Positions 9,405 through 19,640 of a DNA stretch of 64,000 nt are shown here, one piece after another. The translations under genes and the position numbers were made by a program. The DNA is from a virus. The DNA lies in the IMG/VR virus record IMGVR_UViG_3300009136_000001, positions 15,024-79,023 of that record; one strand, 5' to 3'. The first letter of the stretch is position 1. The number at the start of each line of letters is the position of its first letter. Under the pieces are notes generated by a model. The model ran no database searches, was not told the origin of the DNA, and was given only the letters and a program-made list of their open reading frames with translations.

Positions 9405-11246
9405 ATGACTATCATTGCAAGCATTGATGGGCCGAATCGACTAATCCACCTTCACGCTGATACCGTGGGGGTGGACTTACATCCTATTGATGTATACAAG
9501 GAGATGCGGACTCTTCGTCGCAGTACCGAATCCCTTCGCAAGTATGATCGGTTTCTCGATGCTGCGGGTAATGTTTCCAAAGGTGGTGGTAAATTCACAG
9601 AACGTTATGTCATCGAGATCGATGGCACTCGCATTGTTCCTTACGACCAAACCCAAACACTCAACGTTATTGGCGTAATCATAACCGACGATGGGCAAGA
9701 AGGTGTTGCCTGCTTTGATCGTACTCCTATTACCGCTACAGTCGATATCAACTACGTTCCGCCTCAGGTGGAAGTAATCACAGTAGTCGGAGGTTCTGGT
9801 CTCGACGCTACGCAAAACGCATTACTAATCTCCGCTGAATTCCATTCTCGATACAATGGATCTGTTTACTATGATTCTGCTCTTGGCTCTGGGGGAGATG
9901 GTACAAAAGCTGATCCTTACGGTGTATTGAATGACGCAATTGATTTCGCTGAAGCCAATAACATTACTGAGATTCGTTGTTTTAATGATGTCACTCTAAC
10001 CCGGCAAGTAAAAGGGTTCACGATCACAGGTGTCGGAGCGAATCTACCAACCATCGATATCAACGGACAAGATGTTACTGGATCCAGGTTTTACCAGGTT
10101 CAGCTTGAAGGTGTTTTAGTGGGAGCAGTAGTTGCCCAAGAATGTCGTATGTTGACTGCATCAATCAACGGGTACTATGACCGTTGTGCATTTACTGCAG
10201 ATGTCACTTTAGTGGGTAACTGCCATATCGTCAATGGCTTTTCAGAAGTTGCTGGTGACGGGTATATGAGCTTTGTAGTCGGTGCTTATTCACTCCAAGT
10301 CTCCCAGTGGACACGCTCATTGGGTATCAAAGGTATGACAGCAAATACTCATACCGTCCATATGGTAGGCGGGCAATTTCATGCAGACGTTACTTGTACT
10401 GGTGGTGCTGTATCCTTGCGCGGTAACTATAGCGCTTTGCCTGATGATGCCAGTGATGGGACAACTATTTCTGACCAGACCGAGCACCATGCTACTTCTC
10501 ACGCAGTATGGGACGAGCCTATGGCAGATCATATCGCTGTTGGTTCAACTGGTGCGAAGCTTAACGATGGTAGTGCTCTGGACGTTGACAGCATTGCTGA
10601 TGCAGTCTGGACGGAACTCCTTGCACCTCACGTATCAGGCGGAAACGCTGCAGCTTACATGGTCTCGGTCAATGCGATCGATACAGCAGCCCTGGTCGAT
10701 GCGATCTGGGACGAAGAAATGTCCTATCATACGAATGCTGATAGCGCAGGCTTGTATATGGGCAGTGGTCTGGTAGCAACCACAGACAACGCAGCGATAG
10801 CTGCGGCAGTCTGGGATACGCTCTTAGCCTCTCACGTTACCCCTCTGACCTTTGGTACCCTACAGGATGGACTCAGTTCAGCAGCCATTGCAGCAGCTGT
10901 CACAGCTGACATGGACTTGAACTCTAACCTGCTTTCAGTTATACGTACAGCTGTAGAGACTGATATCCCAGCAACATTAGCAGGGTTGAATGACTTTGAC
11001 CCAGTTACTGACGAAGTTATGTTGGTCAATACTGTCACCACGAACACTGATATGCGCGGTACTGACAACGTATGGGACGCTGAGACTATGGTTACAGCAC
11101 TCCATGCAGTTGAATTCAATGCACGCAAGTATGATAAGGTTCTACAGAAAGTAACCGTGTATGATGGAGCATTATTGACTGATCTCGTGTTATATGAGTG
11201 GAATACTGTAACCAATGCTGCCCTTACGACCATGGAGCCGGTATAA
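9405..11246 (+). CDS. Tail fibre/spike-like protein with AVW repeats
   Basis: Beta-helix-like middle (GDGTKADPY..LNDAI) and four ~33-aa (I/V)xxA(V/I)WxxxxxxH repeats. Confidence 0.65.
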   Translation: MTIIASIDGPNRLIHLHADTVGVDLHPIDVYKEMRTLRRSTESLRKYDRFLDAAGNVSKGGGKFTERYVIEIDGTRIVPYDQTQTLNVIGVIITDDGQEGVACFDRTPITATVDINYVPPQVEVITVVGGSGLDATQNALLISAEFHSRYNGSVYYDSALGSGGDGTKADPYGVLNDAIDFAEANNITEIRCFNDVTLTRQVKGFTITGVGANLPTIDINGQDVTGSRFYQVQLEGVLVGAVVAQECRMLTASINGYYDRCAFTADVTLVGNCHIVNGFSEVAGDGYMSFVVGAYSLQVSQWTRSLGIKGMTANTHTVHMVGGQFHADVTCTGGAVSLRGNYSALPDDASDGTTISDQTEHHATSHAVWDEPMADHIAVGSTGAKLNDGSALDVDSIADAVWTELLAPHVSGGNAAAYMVSVNAIDTAALVDAIWDEEMSYHTNADSAGLYMGSGLVATTDNAAIAAAVWDTLLASHVTPLTFGTLQDGLSSAAIAAAVTADMDLNSNLLSVIRTAVETDIPATLAGLNDFDPVTDEVMLVNTVTTNTDMRGTDNVWDAETMVTALHAVEFNARKYDKVLQKVTVYDGALLTDLVLYEWNTVTNAALTTMEPV

Positions 11247-11473
11247 TGTTTAACTTTGTATTCGATCTTGAATGCACTCCTCCCGACGTTTCACATATGA
11301 TGTCGCCGGAATTAGTAGTTGCGCTCAGTGAAGAATACGAACTGGTTACGCTGGAGGACGATACCAATTTGGTTTGCGCCCTGGCTACTGAAAATGAAAT
11401 GCTACTGGTAACCTCAGAACAAGATCTGTCGATCCAGAGCGAACAGGTAATCCTTTATGATAAAGAAGACTAA
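11246..11473 (+). CDS. Small acidic hypothetical protein
   Basis: ATG coupled to the upstream stop (TAATG), with a GGAG RBS. Confidence 0.5.
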   Translation: MFNFVFDLECTPPDVSHMMSPELVVALSEEYELVTLEDDTNLVCALATENEMLLVTSEQDLSIQSEQVILYDKED

Positions 11474-11816
11474 CAGAAACGCTACCACTGTACGGGTAGG
11501 CGATACGTCGAACATCTATTACATGTCGCCGTTTGCCGATGGTAACGGTGGTGCGAGTAATCTGACCAACACAGCGTATACCTGTCGTACGATTGTCGTA
11601 GCAGCTCTGGGAGACACTCCCATCGTTGACGTTACGATTACCAATACCTCCACCGACCTGATGTATTTCCAGGTTGTACTTGAGCCAGCTGATACAGCTC
11701 TCCTCGCTGAGGGCAATTACATCTGGATTACCGAGGTTTACAATGCTTCAACTGATCCGATCTTCCGCAAAGAGAAGCACATCGATCTTTCTGTCCTCCC
11801 ACAGGGTATCACTTAA
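11457..11816 (+). CDS. BppU-N-like tail adaptor domain protein
   Basis: RVGDT...LEPADTALLAEGNYIWITEV pattern typical of Ig-like baseplate/adaptor domains. Confidence 0.5.
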   Translation: MIKKTNRNATTVRVGDTSNIYYMSPFADGNGGASNLTNTAYTCRTIVVAALGDTPIVDVTITNTSTDLMYFQVVLEPADTALLAEGNYIWITEVYNASTDPIFRKEKHIDLSVLPQGIT

Positions 11817-12283
11817 TGGCATCGGAAATTTTCCATGTAGTAAAAGGCGAATGGCGTACGCTGGTTGATAACGTCATAGCAGGTAGTCCGACTAACTCTC
11901 GGCTGTTTGTTGCGTACTATAAAGCAATTGAAGCAGATTCCACTCTCATTACCCGGACAGATAAAGCTGACCTGGAAGCAGAAGCTGGTAATACCATCTG
12001 TGACTTCGACAACTATTCGGAGCCGCACAACTTAGCCAGCGTCACGATCAATGACAGCTCCGGGGAAATCTGGGCTGACGCTGCTGACATGACCATCTCT
12101 GCTGCTGGATCTGCAGGTGGTGGTACGAATAATACAATACTGAAAGCAGTGTTATACTACATTGCTGATCATACAGGTTCGCTTACCGGCGCTATCCCGA
12201 TCGCATACTACGATTTTGATATGCTGACGAACGGTACTGACCTGAAGTTTCAAATTCCAACCTCGGGCTTATGTCGCATTTAG
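11816..12283 (+). CDS. Virion structural protein
   Basis: DAADMT...PIAYYDF..TNGTDLKFQIPTSGL resembles small tail-associated beta proteins. Confidence 0.55.
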   Translation: MASEIFHVVKGEWRTLVDNVIAGSPTNSRLFVAYYKAIEADSTLITRTDKADLEAEAGNTICDFDNYSEPHNLASVTINDSSGEIWADAADMTISAAGSAGGGTNNTILKAVLYYIADHTGSLTGAIPIAYYDFDMLTNGTDLKFQIPTSGLCRI

Positions 12284-12543
12284 ACATTGAGTGTCGAGCG
12301 TTCATCGCAGAAGGTGGGCGGATATTTTATTATTGGGATGCTGAGTTACAAGGCATCTTCATTTTATGGTTATCGACTGACGGTAAACCAACGAAGGAGC
12401 ACATAAGGCTCTTCAAACGATTCCTGGATAATCATCAGGATGAAGACATTTATTTTAGTACGGCAGACGTAGCGTACATACAAAACCATGTGGACTTCCA
12501 CGGGTACTACGGACATAAGAAGGTTTACAAATATGCAAAGTGA
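12271..12543 (+). CDS. Hypothetical protein
   Basis: 90-aa aromatic-rich ORF overlapping both neighbours. Confidence 0.5.
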   Translation: MSHLDIECRAFIAEGGRIFYYWDAELQGIFILWLSTDGKPTKEHIRLFKRFLDNHQDEDIYFSTADVAYIQNHVDFHGYYGHKKVYKYAK

Positions 12544-14638
12544 AGACCAGACCACAGTTCCTGTCGTAGAGCAGAAGCCCCTGACTGAGTGGGCTAATGA
12601 GCCAAGTTTGGCTACTCTGAAAACGAACCTCAAGGATTCGAACGACGAACATAATAAGCAAACTGGTATCATCGATCGATATATCAAGAACCTCAATGGT
12701 GAGCCGAACTTCGTTGTCCGGAAAGGCAAGTCCAAAGTTGTACCCAAAACAATTCGCAAGCAAGCTGAGTGGCGTTACGCTGCACTGTCTGAGCCATTCC
12801 TGAGCACAGATAGCCTGTTCGAAGTTGAGCCGGTTACCTGGGAAGATAAGCAAGCTGCTGCACAGAACAAGCTGGTACTCAACAACCAGATGAATCAACG
12901 CATCGATAAGGTAGATTTTATCGATGAGTACGTCAGAACCATCACCGATGAAGGAACAGTAATAGTCAAAGTTGGCTGGAAGTTCGAATCTGAACTCAAG
13001 ATGGTCGAGCAGGATGTCATGGAAATGCAACCTGTTCTGGATAACCAGAAAGCTCAGATGATGATCCAAGCAGGCCAGGAACCACTGGAGCCGGTAAAGG
13101 TCGGCACTGAAATGGTTGAACGTGAGGTCATCATCTACAATCAGCCTACGCTGGAGATCTGTGATTACAACCATGTGATTTTGGATCCAACAGCCAAGGG
13201 CGTATTGTCCAAAGCTCAGTTTGTCATCTACCGCTTTGAATCCACGATCTCCGATCTGAAGAAAGACGGACGTTACCAGAATCTGGATGATATCCGGCTT
13301 GACGGTACAGAAGATGCTCAGCATGAACTGGATACCGAAAACAGCGACAGCGTTACTTTCACCTTCGAAGACGAAGCCCGTAAGAAAGTCTGGGTTTACG
13401 AATACTGGGGTTTCTACGATTACAATGAAACCGGCATCGTTGAACCCTTTATTGCGGCATGGGTCGGCAATGTCAAAATCCGTATGGAAGAGAATCCCTT
13501 CCCGGATAAGCAACTTCCTTTCATCAATGTCCAATACCTGCCCGTACGTAAAAAGAACTACGGTCAGCCTGATGGCTACTTGCTGGAAGAGAATCAGAAC
13601 ATCGTTGGTGCTGTCACCCGTGGCATGATTGATATCATGGGCCGAAGCGCTAATGCTCAACAGGGCGTACGCAAAGATGCTCTGGACGTAACCAATAGTC
13701 GTAGGTTCGAGAACGGTGAAGATTACAAGTTCAACACCAATGTCGATCCTCGCCAAGCTTTCCATATGGGTACCTACCCCGAGATCCCCAACTCAGCTAT
13801 GCTGATGATCAACCATCAGTCTAATGAGGCGGAAGCGCTTACGGGTGTCAAAGCCTTCTCGCAGGGCATCACAGGGGACTCCCTGGGTGCGAATGTCGGT
13901 AACGCTCGTGGTGCACTGGATGCAGCTTCAAAGCGTGAGCTGGGCATCCTGAGGCGTCTGGCATGGGGTATCGTACAGATAGGGCGCAAGTTCATCAGTA
14001 TGAATTCAGAATTCCTGAGTGATGTCGAAGTAGTTCGTATCACCAATGAAGAGTTTGTCGAGGTTCGTCGTGACGACCTGGCTGGTAAGTTCGACCTGAA
14101 ACTGTCGATCTCTACCGCTGAGTCAGATAACGAGAAGGCTCAAGAGCTGGCATTCATGCTACAGACAACTGGGCCGAGTTCTGATCCGGGCGAAACTCGT
14201 ATCATCCGGGCAGAGATAGCACGCCTACGTAAGATGCCTGCACTTGCCAAGCGCATCGAGGAGTACCAACCGCAACCTGATCCCTTGCAGCAGAAGAAAG
14301 CACAGCTTGAAATTGCTTTACTGGAAGCTCAGGTGTTGAATGAACGCGCCAAGGGACAAGAGAACGCAGTCGATGTACAGCTCAAGTCTGCTAAGACTCA
14401 GACTGAGGTTGCCAAGACTCGTAACCTTAACTCAACGTCTGATCAGCAGGATCTGGACTTCGTTGAACAGGATCAAGGTATCAAGCACAATCAAGCGATT
14501 GACCTGAAAGAACTTGATGGTAAGATCGATTTGGACAGCAAAGCAGCTGATAAAATGCTCGAAAGTGGTGATACTGAGCAAAATACTGACACTCCGGAGG
14601 CACAAGACACTTCTTTTCTTGAAGAATTTCAGATATAG
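12533..14638 (+). CDS. Portal protein (N4 gp59-like)
   Basis: LTEWANEPSL, KSKVVPKTIRKQAEWRYAALSEPFLS, GAVTRGMIDIMGRSANAQQG, EAEALTGVKAF; start at ATG 12533. Confidence 0.93.
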   Translation: MQSEDQTTVPVVEQKPLTEWANEPSLATLKTNLKDSNDEHNKQTGIIDRYIKNLNGEPNFVVRKGKSKVVPKTIRKQAEWRYAALSEPFLSTDSLFEVEPVTWEDKQAAAQNKLVLNNQMNQRIDKVDFIDEYVRTITDEGTVIVKVGWKFESELKMVEQDVMEMQPVLDNQKAQMMIQAGQEPLEPVKVGTEMVEREVIIYNQPTLEICDYNHVILDPTAKGVLSKAQFVIYRFESTISDLKKDGRYQNLDDIRLDGTEDAQHELDTENSDSVTFTFEDEARKKVWVYEYWGFYDYNETGIVEPFIAAWVGNVKIRMEENPFPDKQLPFINVQYLPVRKKNYGQPDGYLLEENQNIVGAVTRGMIDIMGRSANAQQGVRKDALDVTNSRRFENGEDYKFNTNVDPRQAFHMGTYPEIPNSAMLMINHQSNEAEALTGVKAFSQGITGDSLGANVGNARGALDAASKRELGILRRLAWGIVQIGRKFISMNSEFLSDVEVVRITNEEFVEVRRDDLAGKFDLKLSISTAESDNEKAQELAFMLQTTGPSSDPGETRIIRAEIARLRKMPALAKRIEEYQPQPDPLQQKKAQLEIALLEAQVLNERAKGQENAVDVQLKSAKTQTEVAKTRNLNSTSDQQDLDFVEQDQGIKHNQAIDLKELDGKIDLDSKAADKMLESGDTEQNTDTPEAQDTSFLEEFQI

Positions 14639-14701
14639 TCTGGAACTATCAGTAAGTAAATACTTATTGACATAACTAATATAACAACAGGACAACCCAA
14701 A

Positions 14702-15052
14702 ATGACTGACGTAGCAAGCAACGAGATGGATGCCATCCAGATGGAAATTGAAATGGCGCAGGACATGATCAAAGCCCGTGACGCACTGGTTCGATTGACC
14801 AGCAACGCGGATTTTAATCTGGTATTTACCCAGGGATATTTCGAGAAGGAAGCTTCTCGATTGGTTTTGCTCAAGGCGGAAGCCAGTATGGAAGATGAGC
14901 AGAAGCAGAAGAACGTTGATGACTCGATCATCGGTATTGGTCAGTTGTACCAGTACTGCCGCGCAGTGATGGCTCAGGGACAACAGTGTGATGCTGCTGT
15001 CGCCGATTACGAGCAGGAACTCGAAACCATGCGCGCTGACGAGTTAAGCTAA
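14702..15052 (+). CDS. N4 gp58-like protein
   Basis: ALVRLTSNADF..VFTQGYFEKEASRLV; syntenic between portal and gp57. Confidence 0.75.
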   Translation: MTDVASNEMDAIQMEIEMAQDMIKARDALVRLTSNADFNLVFTQGYFEKEASRLVLLKAEASMEDEQKQKNVDDSIIGIGQLYQYCRAVMAQGQQCDAAVADYEQELETMRADELS

Positions 15053-15053
15053 G

Positions 15054-16373
15054 ATGAGTGTACCTGCAGAGACTATGGCTGCCGATCCAGCCCTCGCCGC
15101 TCCAGATGCTGCCATTGAAACCACTGATACTACTACGGTAGACAGTGACCGAGCAGCCGAGAACTCTGACAACGAGATCCAGACTACGGAAATTGACTTC
15201 CTGGATCTCCCCGATGATGAGGTAGATGCTTACTTCATGAAGGAGTTGGAAAAAACTCCTGAGGCGGAAGACTCTGCAGGTACTGATGATCCACAATCTG
15301 ATGAGGCTGCTGCGGCAGCCGCTGATGATCCGAAAGCCGACGATGACGAGGACGGTGAAGATGACGGAGAAGCTGCTGCTACTGAAAATCTGGATAGCGG
15401 TGAAGCTGCTTCAGACGATGATTCTGATGCTGGCGATGATACAGCCAGTGATGACAAAGCTTCCGGAGATGAAGCTGAAGCTGAAGAAGGAGATTCAGCT
15501 GGTGACGAAACTGAAGGACAAGACGATGATATTGTCACAACGGCTCTTGAGGATCTTGAAAAGATTTTAAGCCCGTTCAAGGCGAACGGAAAAGACATTC
15601 AAGTAGAGAATGTCGACGATGCAATAACCCTCATGAAGATGGGTGCGAACTACAACAAGAAGATGGCTGCACTTAAGCCTAACCTTCGGTTCGTTAAAAT
15701 GCTCGAACAAAATGATTTGTTGGATGAAGGTAAACTTACTACGCTGATCGACATCAGCAAGAAGAACCCTTCAGCTATCGCCAGGTTCGTAAAGGACAAT
15801 GCGATCGACACCGACGAAATACTCGCAGAAGACGCGAGTGAAAATTATTCACCAGGAAAGTACGAAGTAAATGACTCCGAAATAGAGTTAGACCAAGTGC
15901 TTGATGGTATCAGGGGAAATGAATCATTCTCCCGAACCATAGACGTAGTGAGCAATCAATGGGATGCGAAGAGTAAGCAAATTATCTTCAACGATCCGAA
16001 TATTATCACTGTAATTGATTCACAGATTGCGTCCGGAGTATTTGACAAGATTGTCAACCGGATGGAAACTGAGAAAATGTTAGGCAAGTTGAATGGTGTG
16101 TCCGACATTGTAGCGTATAAGCAAATAGGTGAAGCATTAGCCGCTGCAGGTCTCTTGGAACCAACCCAAAAGGGCAATGGTGAACAGACACAGACGACCA
16201 CAACACAAGCCGAAAAGCCGGTAGACAAGGCACGCAATTCCAAACGGAAAGCAGCTGCGTCCACCAAACAAGCAGTCGCAAGCAAGAAGAAGACTGACTT
16301 GGACAATCTCAATCCGTTGAGCATGTCCGACGATGATTTCGAGAAAGTAGCGGCACAAACATTATTTAAGTAA
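15054..16373 (+). CDS. N4 gp57-like protein (scaffold/'tape measure')
   Basis: Acidic disordered N-half, PFKANGK...LMKMGANYNKKM, C-terminal NPLSMSDDDF. Confidence 0.85.
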   Translation: MSVPAETMAADPALAAPDAAIETTDTTTVDSDRAAENSDNEIQTTEIDFLDLPDDEVDAYFMKELEKTPEAEDSAGTDDPQSDEAAAAAADDPKADDDEDGEDDGEAAATENLDSGEAASDDDSDAGDDTASDDKASGDEAEAEEGDSAGDETEGQDDDIVTTALEDLEKILSPFKANGKDIQVENVDDAITLMKMGANYNKKMAALKPNLRFVKMLEQNDLLDEGKLTTLIDISKKNPSAIARFVKDNAIDTDEILAEDASENYSPGKYEVNDSEIELDQVLDGIRGNESFSRTIDVVSNQWDAKSKQIIFNDPNIITVIDSQIASGVFDKIVNRMETEKMLGKLNGVSDIVAYKQIGEALAAAGLLEPTQKGNGEQTQTTTTQAEKPVDKARNSKRKAAASTKQAVASKKKTDLDNLNPLSMSDDDFEKVAAQTLFK

Positions 16374-16391
16374 TTACAGAGGTAATATCTC

Positions 16392-17807
16392 ATGGCTTTC
16401 GAAGACGCGAGAATTTATGGCCCAGAGTCGGATGGTACCAGTTCAAGTATCGGTGCATCGACTCAAATTAATCCAATTTGGTTCTGGAAAAAAGCCCTTG
16501 TCGAAATCGTCAAGGAACAGTATTTCGGTCAGCTGGCTGACGTACGCTCTATGCCTAAGCATATGGGTAAAACAATCAAGCAGCACCACTACCTGCCTTT
16601 GCTCGACGATCGGAACACTTCTGATCAGGGTATTGACGCGGCTGGTACTGCACTTACCGTTACTGGCAAGTGGCACGTATTCGACGGTGGCATAATTGTC
16701 CCCGACGCAACTATCGCTACGAACGCCGCTGGTTTCGCAACTAAAGCTCTTGCCGTCGCTGCTATGACAGCTCCCGCAACTCAAGGCGCAGTCCTGGGTT
16801 CTGGTGCTCTGTACAGCTCAAGCAAGGATATCGGTTCCATTACCGCTCGTCTGCCTGCTCTTTCTGAGTCTGGTGGTCGTGTAAATCGTGTTGGTTTTAC
16901 TCGTAAGACCATCGAAGCCACTATCGAGAAATTTGGCTTCTTCGACGAATACACTCAAGAGTCAATGGACTTCGATACCGATGCTGACCTCATGATGCAC
17001 ATCTCTCGCGAGTCTACTCGTGGTGCTTCTGAGATCACTGAAGACATGCTCCAGATCGATCTGATCAATGGCGCAGGTAACACCTGGTTAACTGGTGACG
17101 CATCTGCGTTGTCTGATATCGGTACCGCAGCTGGTGCTGGTAACGCTGTTGACTGCCTGGTTACCTACGACGACCTGGTTCGCATGAGCATCGAGCTTGA
17201 CAACAACCGTTGTCCGAAGCATACCAAGCTGATTTCTGGCTCACGTATGATCGATACCAAGACCATCAACGCAGCTCGTTATCTGTACTGTGGTTCCGTC
17301 ATGCTTCCGCTGTTGAAGCAAATGAAGGACTACCATGGCGAGAAAGCATTCATCTCTGTTGAGAAGTATGCCGCTGCTGGAAACGTTGCCTTCGGCGAAG
17401 TTGGTTCTATCGATAACTTCCGCATCATCGTTGTCAACGAAATGGTTGAGTGGGACGGTGGCGGTAACGCTAACGCAACTCCTGGAACTACTGACTTGAT
17501 CGACACTACTACTGCTGGTACTCCTGGCTTTGGTCTCCCCGTCGGTTCTGTCCTTGCCTCTAACGGTGTTGACTTCAACGTCTACCCGCTGTTGGTTGTC
17601 GGTTCCGGTTCATTCACTACCATCGGTTTCCAAACTGACGGCAAGTCAATGAAGTTCAAAATTCATCACAAGGCACCGGGTCTTGAGATGGCGGATCGCA
17701 ACGATCCGTACGGTGAGATCGGGTTCTACTCGATCAAATGGTACTACGCTTTCATGGGCTTGCGTCCTGAGTGGATCACCATTGGCTACACTGGAGCAGT
17801 CCAGTAG
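16392..17807 (+). CDS. Major capsid protein (N4 gp56-like)
   Basis: YLPLLDDRN..QGIDAAG, LPALSESGGRVNRVGFTR, DPYGEIGFYSIKWYY. Confidence 0.95.
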   Translation: MAFEDARIYGPESDGTSSSIGASTQINPIWFWKKALVEIVKEQYFGQLADVRSMPKHMGKTIKQHHYLPLLDDRNTSDQGIDAAGTALTVTGKWHVFDGGIIVPDATIATNAAGFATKALAVAAMTAPATQGAVLGSGALYSSSKDIGSITARLPALSESGGRVNRVGFTRKTIEATIEKFGFFDEYTQESMDFDTDADLMMHISRESTRGASEITEDMLQIDLINGAGNTWLTGDASALSDIGTAAGAGNAVDCLVTYDDLVRMSIELDNNRCPKHTKLISGSRMIDTKTINAARYLYCGSVMLPLLKQMKDYHGEKAFISVEKYAAAGNVAFGEVGSIDNFRIIVVNEMVEWDGGGNANATPGTTDLIDTTTAGTPGFGLPVGSVLASNGVDFNVYPLLVVGSGSFTTIGFQTDGKSMKFKIHHKAPGLEMADRNDPYGEIGFYSIKWYYAFMGLRPEWITIGYTGAVQ

Positions 17808-17832
17808 GCTAAGCTGTAAGCAGTAACTAAGT

Positions 17833-17861
17833 CTCCCCCCAAATGGGGGGAGTCTTTTTTT
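17833..17861 (+). terminator. Rho-independent terminator after the capsid gene
   Basis: CTCCCCCC-AAAT-GGGGGGAG followed by a T tract. Confidence 0.85.
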
Positions 17862-17892
17862 AACCATCAGAACTAAAACAGGAATCATAAAC

Positions 17893-18498
17893 ATGTCTGA
17901 TATACCTAACGACCCCCAAGTCGAAACTGAAGTAGAAACCCCAGCTGAAGCTCCATCCAGACTGGATACCCTCAAACAACGTGCTGATATGCTCGGTCTT
18001 AAATACCATCACAAGATTGGTGAAACCAAACTTGCGGAGCAGATCGCTGCACACCTTGCCGACGATGTACCGGAAGAGCCTCAACCAGCCAGGGAAGTTC
18101 CCAGTGCTGCTGTAGCCCGTTCGACTCAGCTTGCTGAGAAGAAGAAGAAGGCTAACAAGCTTGTCCGTGTACGTGTTACCTGCATGAATCCTAACAAACG
18201 TGAATGGGAAGGCGAGATCATCGCTTGCGGTAACCGATATTTCGGCAATATCAAAAAGTACATCCCGTTCGATAACGCGGAAGGCTGGCACATGCCATCT
18301 ATCCTCGTGGATCTGTTGAAGTCAAAGAAGTGCCAGATCTTCGTGGAGCGTCGGAACGAGCGTGGTGAAAAATACAAGCAAGGACGACTCATTCCAGAGT
18401 ATAATGTCGAGATACTTCCCGACTTATCTCGTGAGCAATTGGAAGAGTTAGCCAGGAAACAAGCGTTGAGTCATGCGATCGACTCAAATGCCCCGTAA
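17893..18498 (+). CDS. N4 gp55-like protein
   Basis: LKQRADMLGL, KLVRVRVTCMNPNK.EWEGEI, KKYIPF...GWH. Confidence 0.85.
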   Translation: MSDIPNDPQVETEVETPAEAPSRLDTLKQRADMLGLKYHHKIGETKLAEQIAAHLADDVPEEPQPAREVPSAAVARSTQLAEKKKKANKLVRVRVTCMNPNKREWEGEIIACGNRYFGNIKKYIPFDNAEGWHMPSILVDLLKSKKCQIFVERRNERGEKYKQGRLIPEYNVEILPDLSREQLEELARKQALSHAIDSNAP

Positions 18499-18504
18499 CA
18501 AATA

Positions 18505-18549
18505 ACCCAGTTTGGGTTTGGCTCGGACATAGCGAACCGGGTCTTTTTT
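18505..18549 (+). terminator. Probable terminator
   Basis: Imperfect stem ACCCAGTTTG...CGAACCGGGT followed by TTTTTT. Confidence 0.5.
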
Positions 18550-18579
18550 ATACGAACCGTATAGAAAACAGGACACATT

Positions 18580-19380
18580 ATGGTTGATATTACAGTAGCA
18601 GATCTGACGAATACCGATGACCCGAATGAGAATACGGGTACGGCAATCTTCGATACCCTGATGTCTGTGGTTGAAAGCCATATAGAGAACCAGTTTCAGA
18701 AAGGTCGCCTCAAGGGGACTGACTACGCAACGGTTTATCTCGGATCTTTACAAGCAGTCTTGTCACAGTCTGTGCAATTCTTGCTGCAGGAACAAGCAGC
18801 TGGAAAGCAAGGTGACCTGATTGATGCTCAAATCACTGAAGCTGCAGCGACAACTATTCGAAACGATAGTTTAGCTGCGGCGGAAGTATCCCTCAAGGAA
18901 GCACAAGAGCTTGATGTCGAGTACGTCACTGCGAACCATCGTCCCGAACAAACTGTCCGGCTGCAAGAAGAAGTAGATCTACTGCAGTCGCAAGACCTGA
19001 CTGAGCTGCAGAAAGGTCTGACTGAAGTCAAGCAGACTCTCAAGGTACAAGCCGAGGTTGATCTGTTGGCTCAGAAGGAACTGACTGAACTGGCTCAAAC
19101 CAGTGATACCGATGCCGTCAAGTACGGTGCTGGTGGAACAGCTCTCACAGGTGTCTTGGGCGCACAACAGTCGCTATACAATCACCAGGCAGCTGGATTT
19201 AAAGCTAAGCATCACGTTGATACTGTTAAGCAGTTGGCTGATGTATGGTCAGTTGCCTACGCCATCACGGATGGTGCATCTCCGAATCTCCCGATAGCAT
19301 TGACTGCCCTTGCTGGTGTGGATGCTACTGACTTCGATGTCGAGATCACCGAGATGCAAGCAGCCTTTGATAACATCTAA
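18580..19380 (+). CDS. N4 gp54-like structural protein
   Basis: GTAIFDTLM...HIENQFQKGRLKGTDYATVY, GVLGAQQSLY..QAAGF. Confidence 0.8.
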   Translation: MVDITVADLTNTDDPNENTGTAIFDTLMSVVESHIENQFQKGRLKGTDYATVYLGSLQAVLSQSVQFLLQEQAAGKQGDLIDAQITEAAATTIRNDSLAAAEVSLKEAQELDVEYVTANHRPEQTVRLQEEVDLLQSQDLTELQKGLTEVKQTLKVQAEVDLLAQKELTELAQTSDTDAVKYGAGGTALTGVLGAQQSLYNHQAAGFKAKHHVDTVKQLADVWSVAYAITDGASPNLPIALTALAGVDATDFDVEITEMQAAFDNI

Positions 19381-19640
19381 TGGTCAACAGGCGTGTATCT
19401 CAAGCCATTAATGCAATCCTCAAACAGCTAAACGCTACTACTCTCCCCCCGTACAAAACTCTCGGAGAGCTGACATTGGATCATGCAGGCTACCTCCTCT
19501 TTTTCATGCACCTGCATTTGAAGTTCAGGTGCTTTCCCTTGTCATATGTAGAATCTATTGAAAACCTGGATTCTATTAGCGGGCAGGACATCATAGAACG
19601 TATCAATGAAAACGTATCCATCGATAGTCTTCGCAACTGA
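19380..19640 (+). CDS. Hypothetical protein
   Basis: Coupled ORF (TAATG). Confidence 0.45.
   Translation: MVNRRVSQAINAILKQLNATTLPPYKTLGELTLDHAGYLLFFMHLHLKFRCFPLSYVESIENLDSISGQDIIERINENVSIDSLRN

Noticed and set aside
12455-13765. 436-aa ORF antisense to the portal gene
   Set aside because: Shadow ORF caused by codon bias; no motifs and fully overlapped by the well-supported portal.
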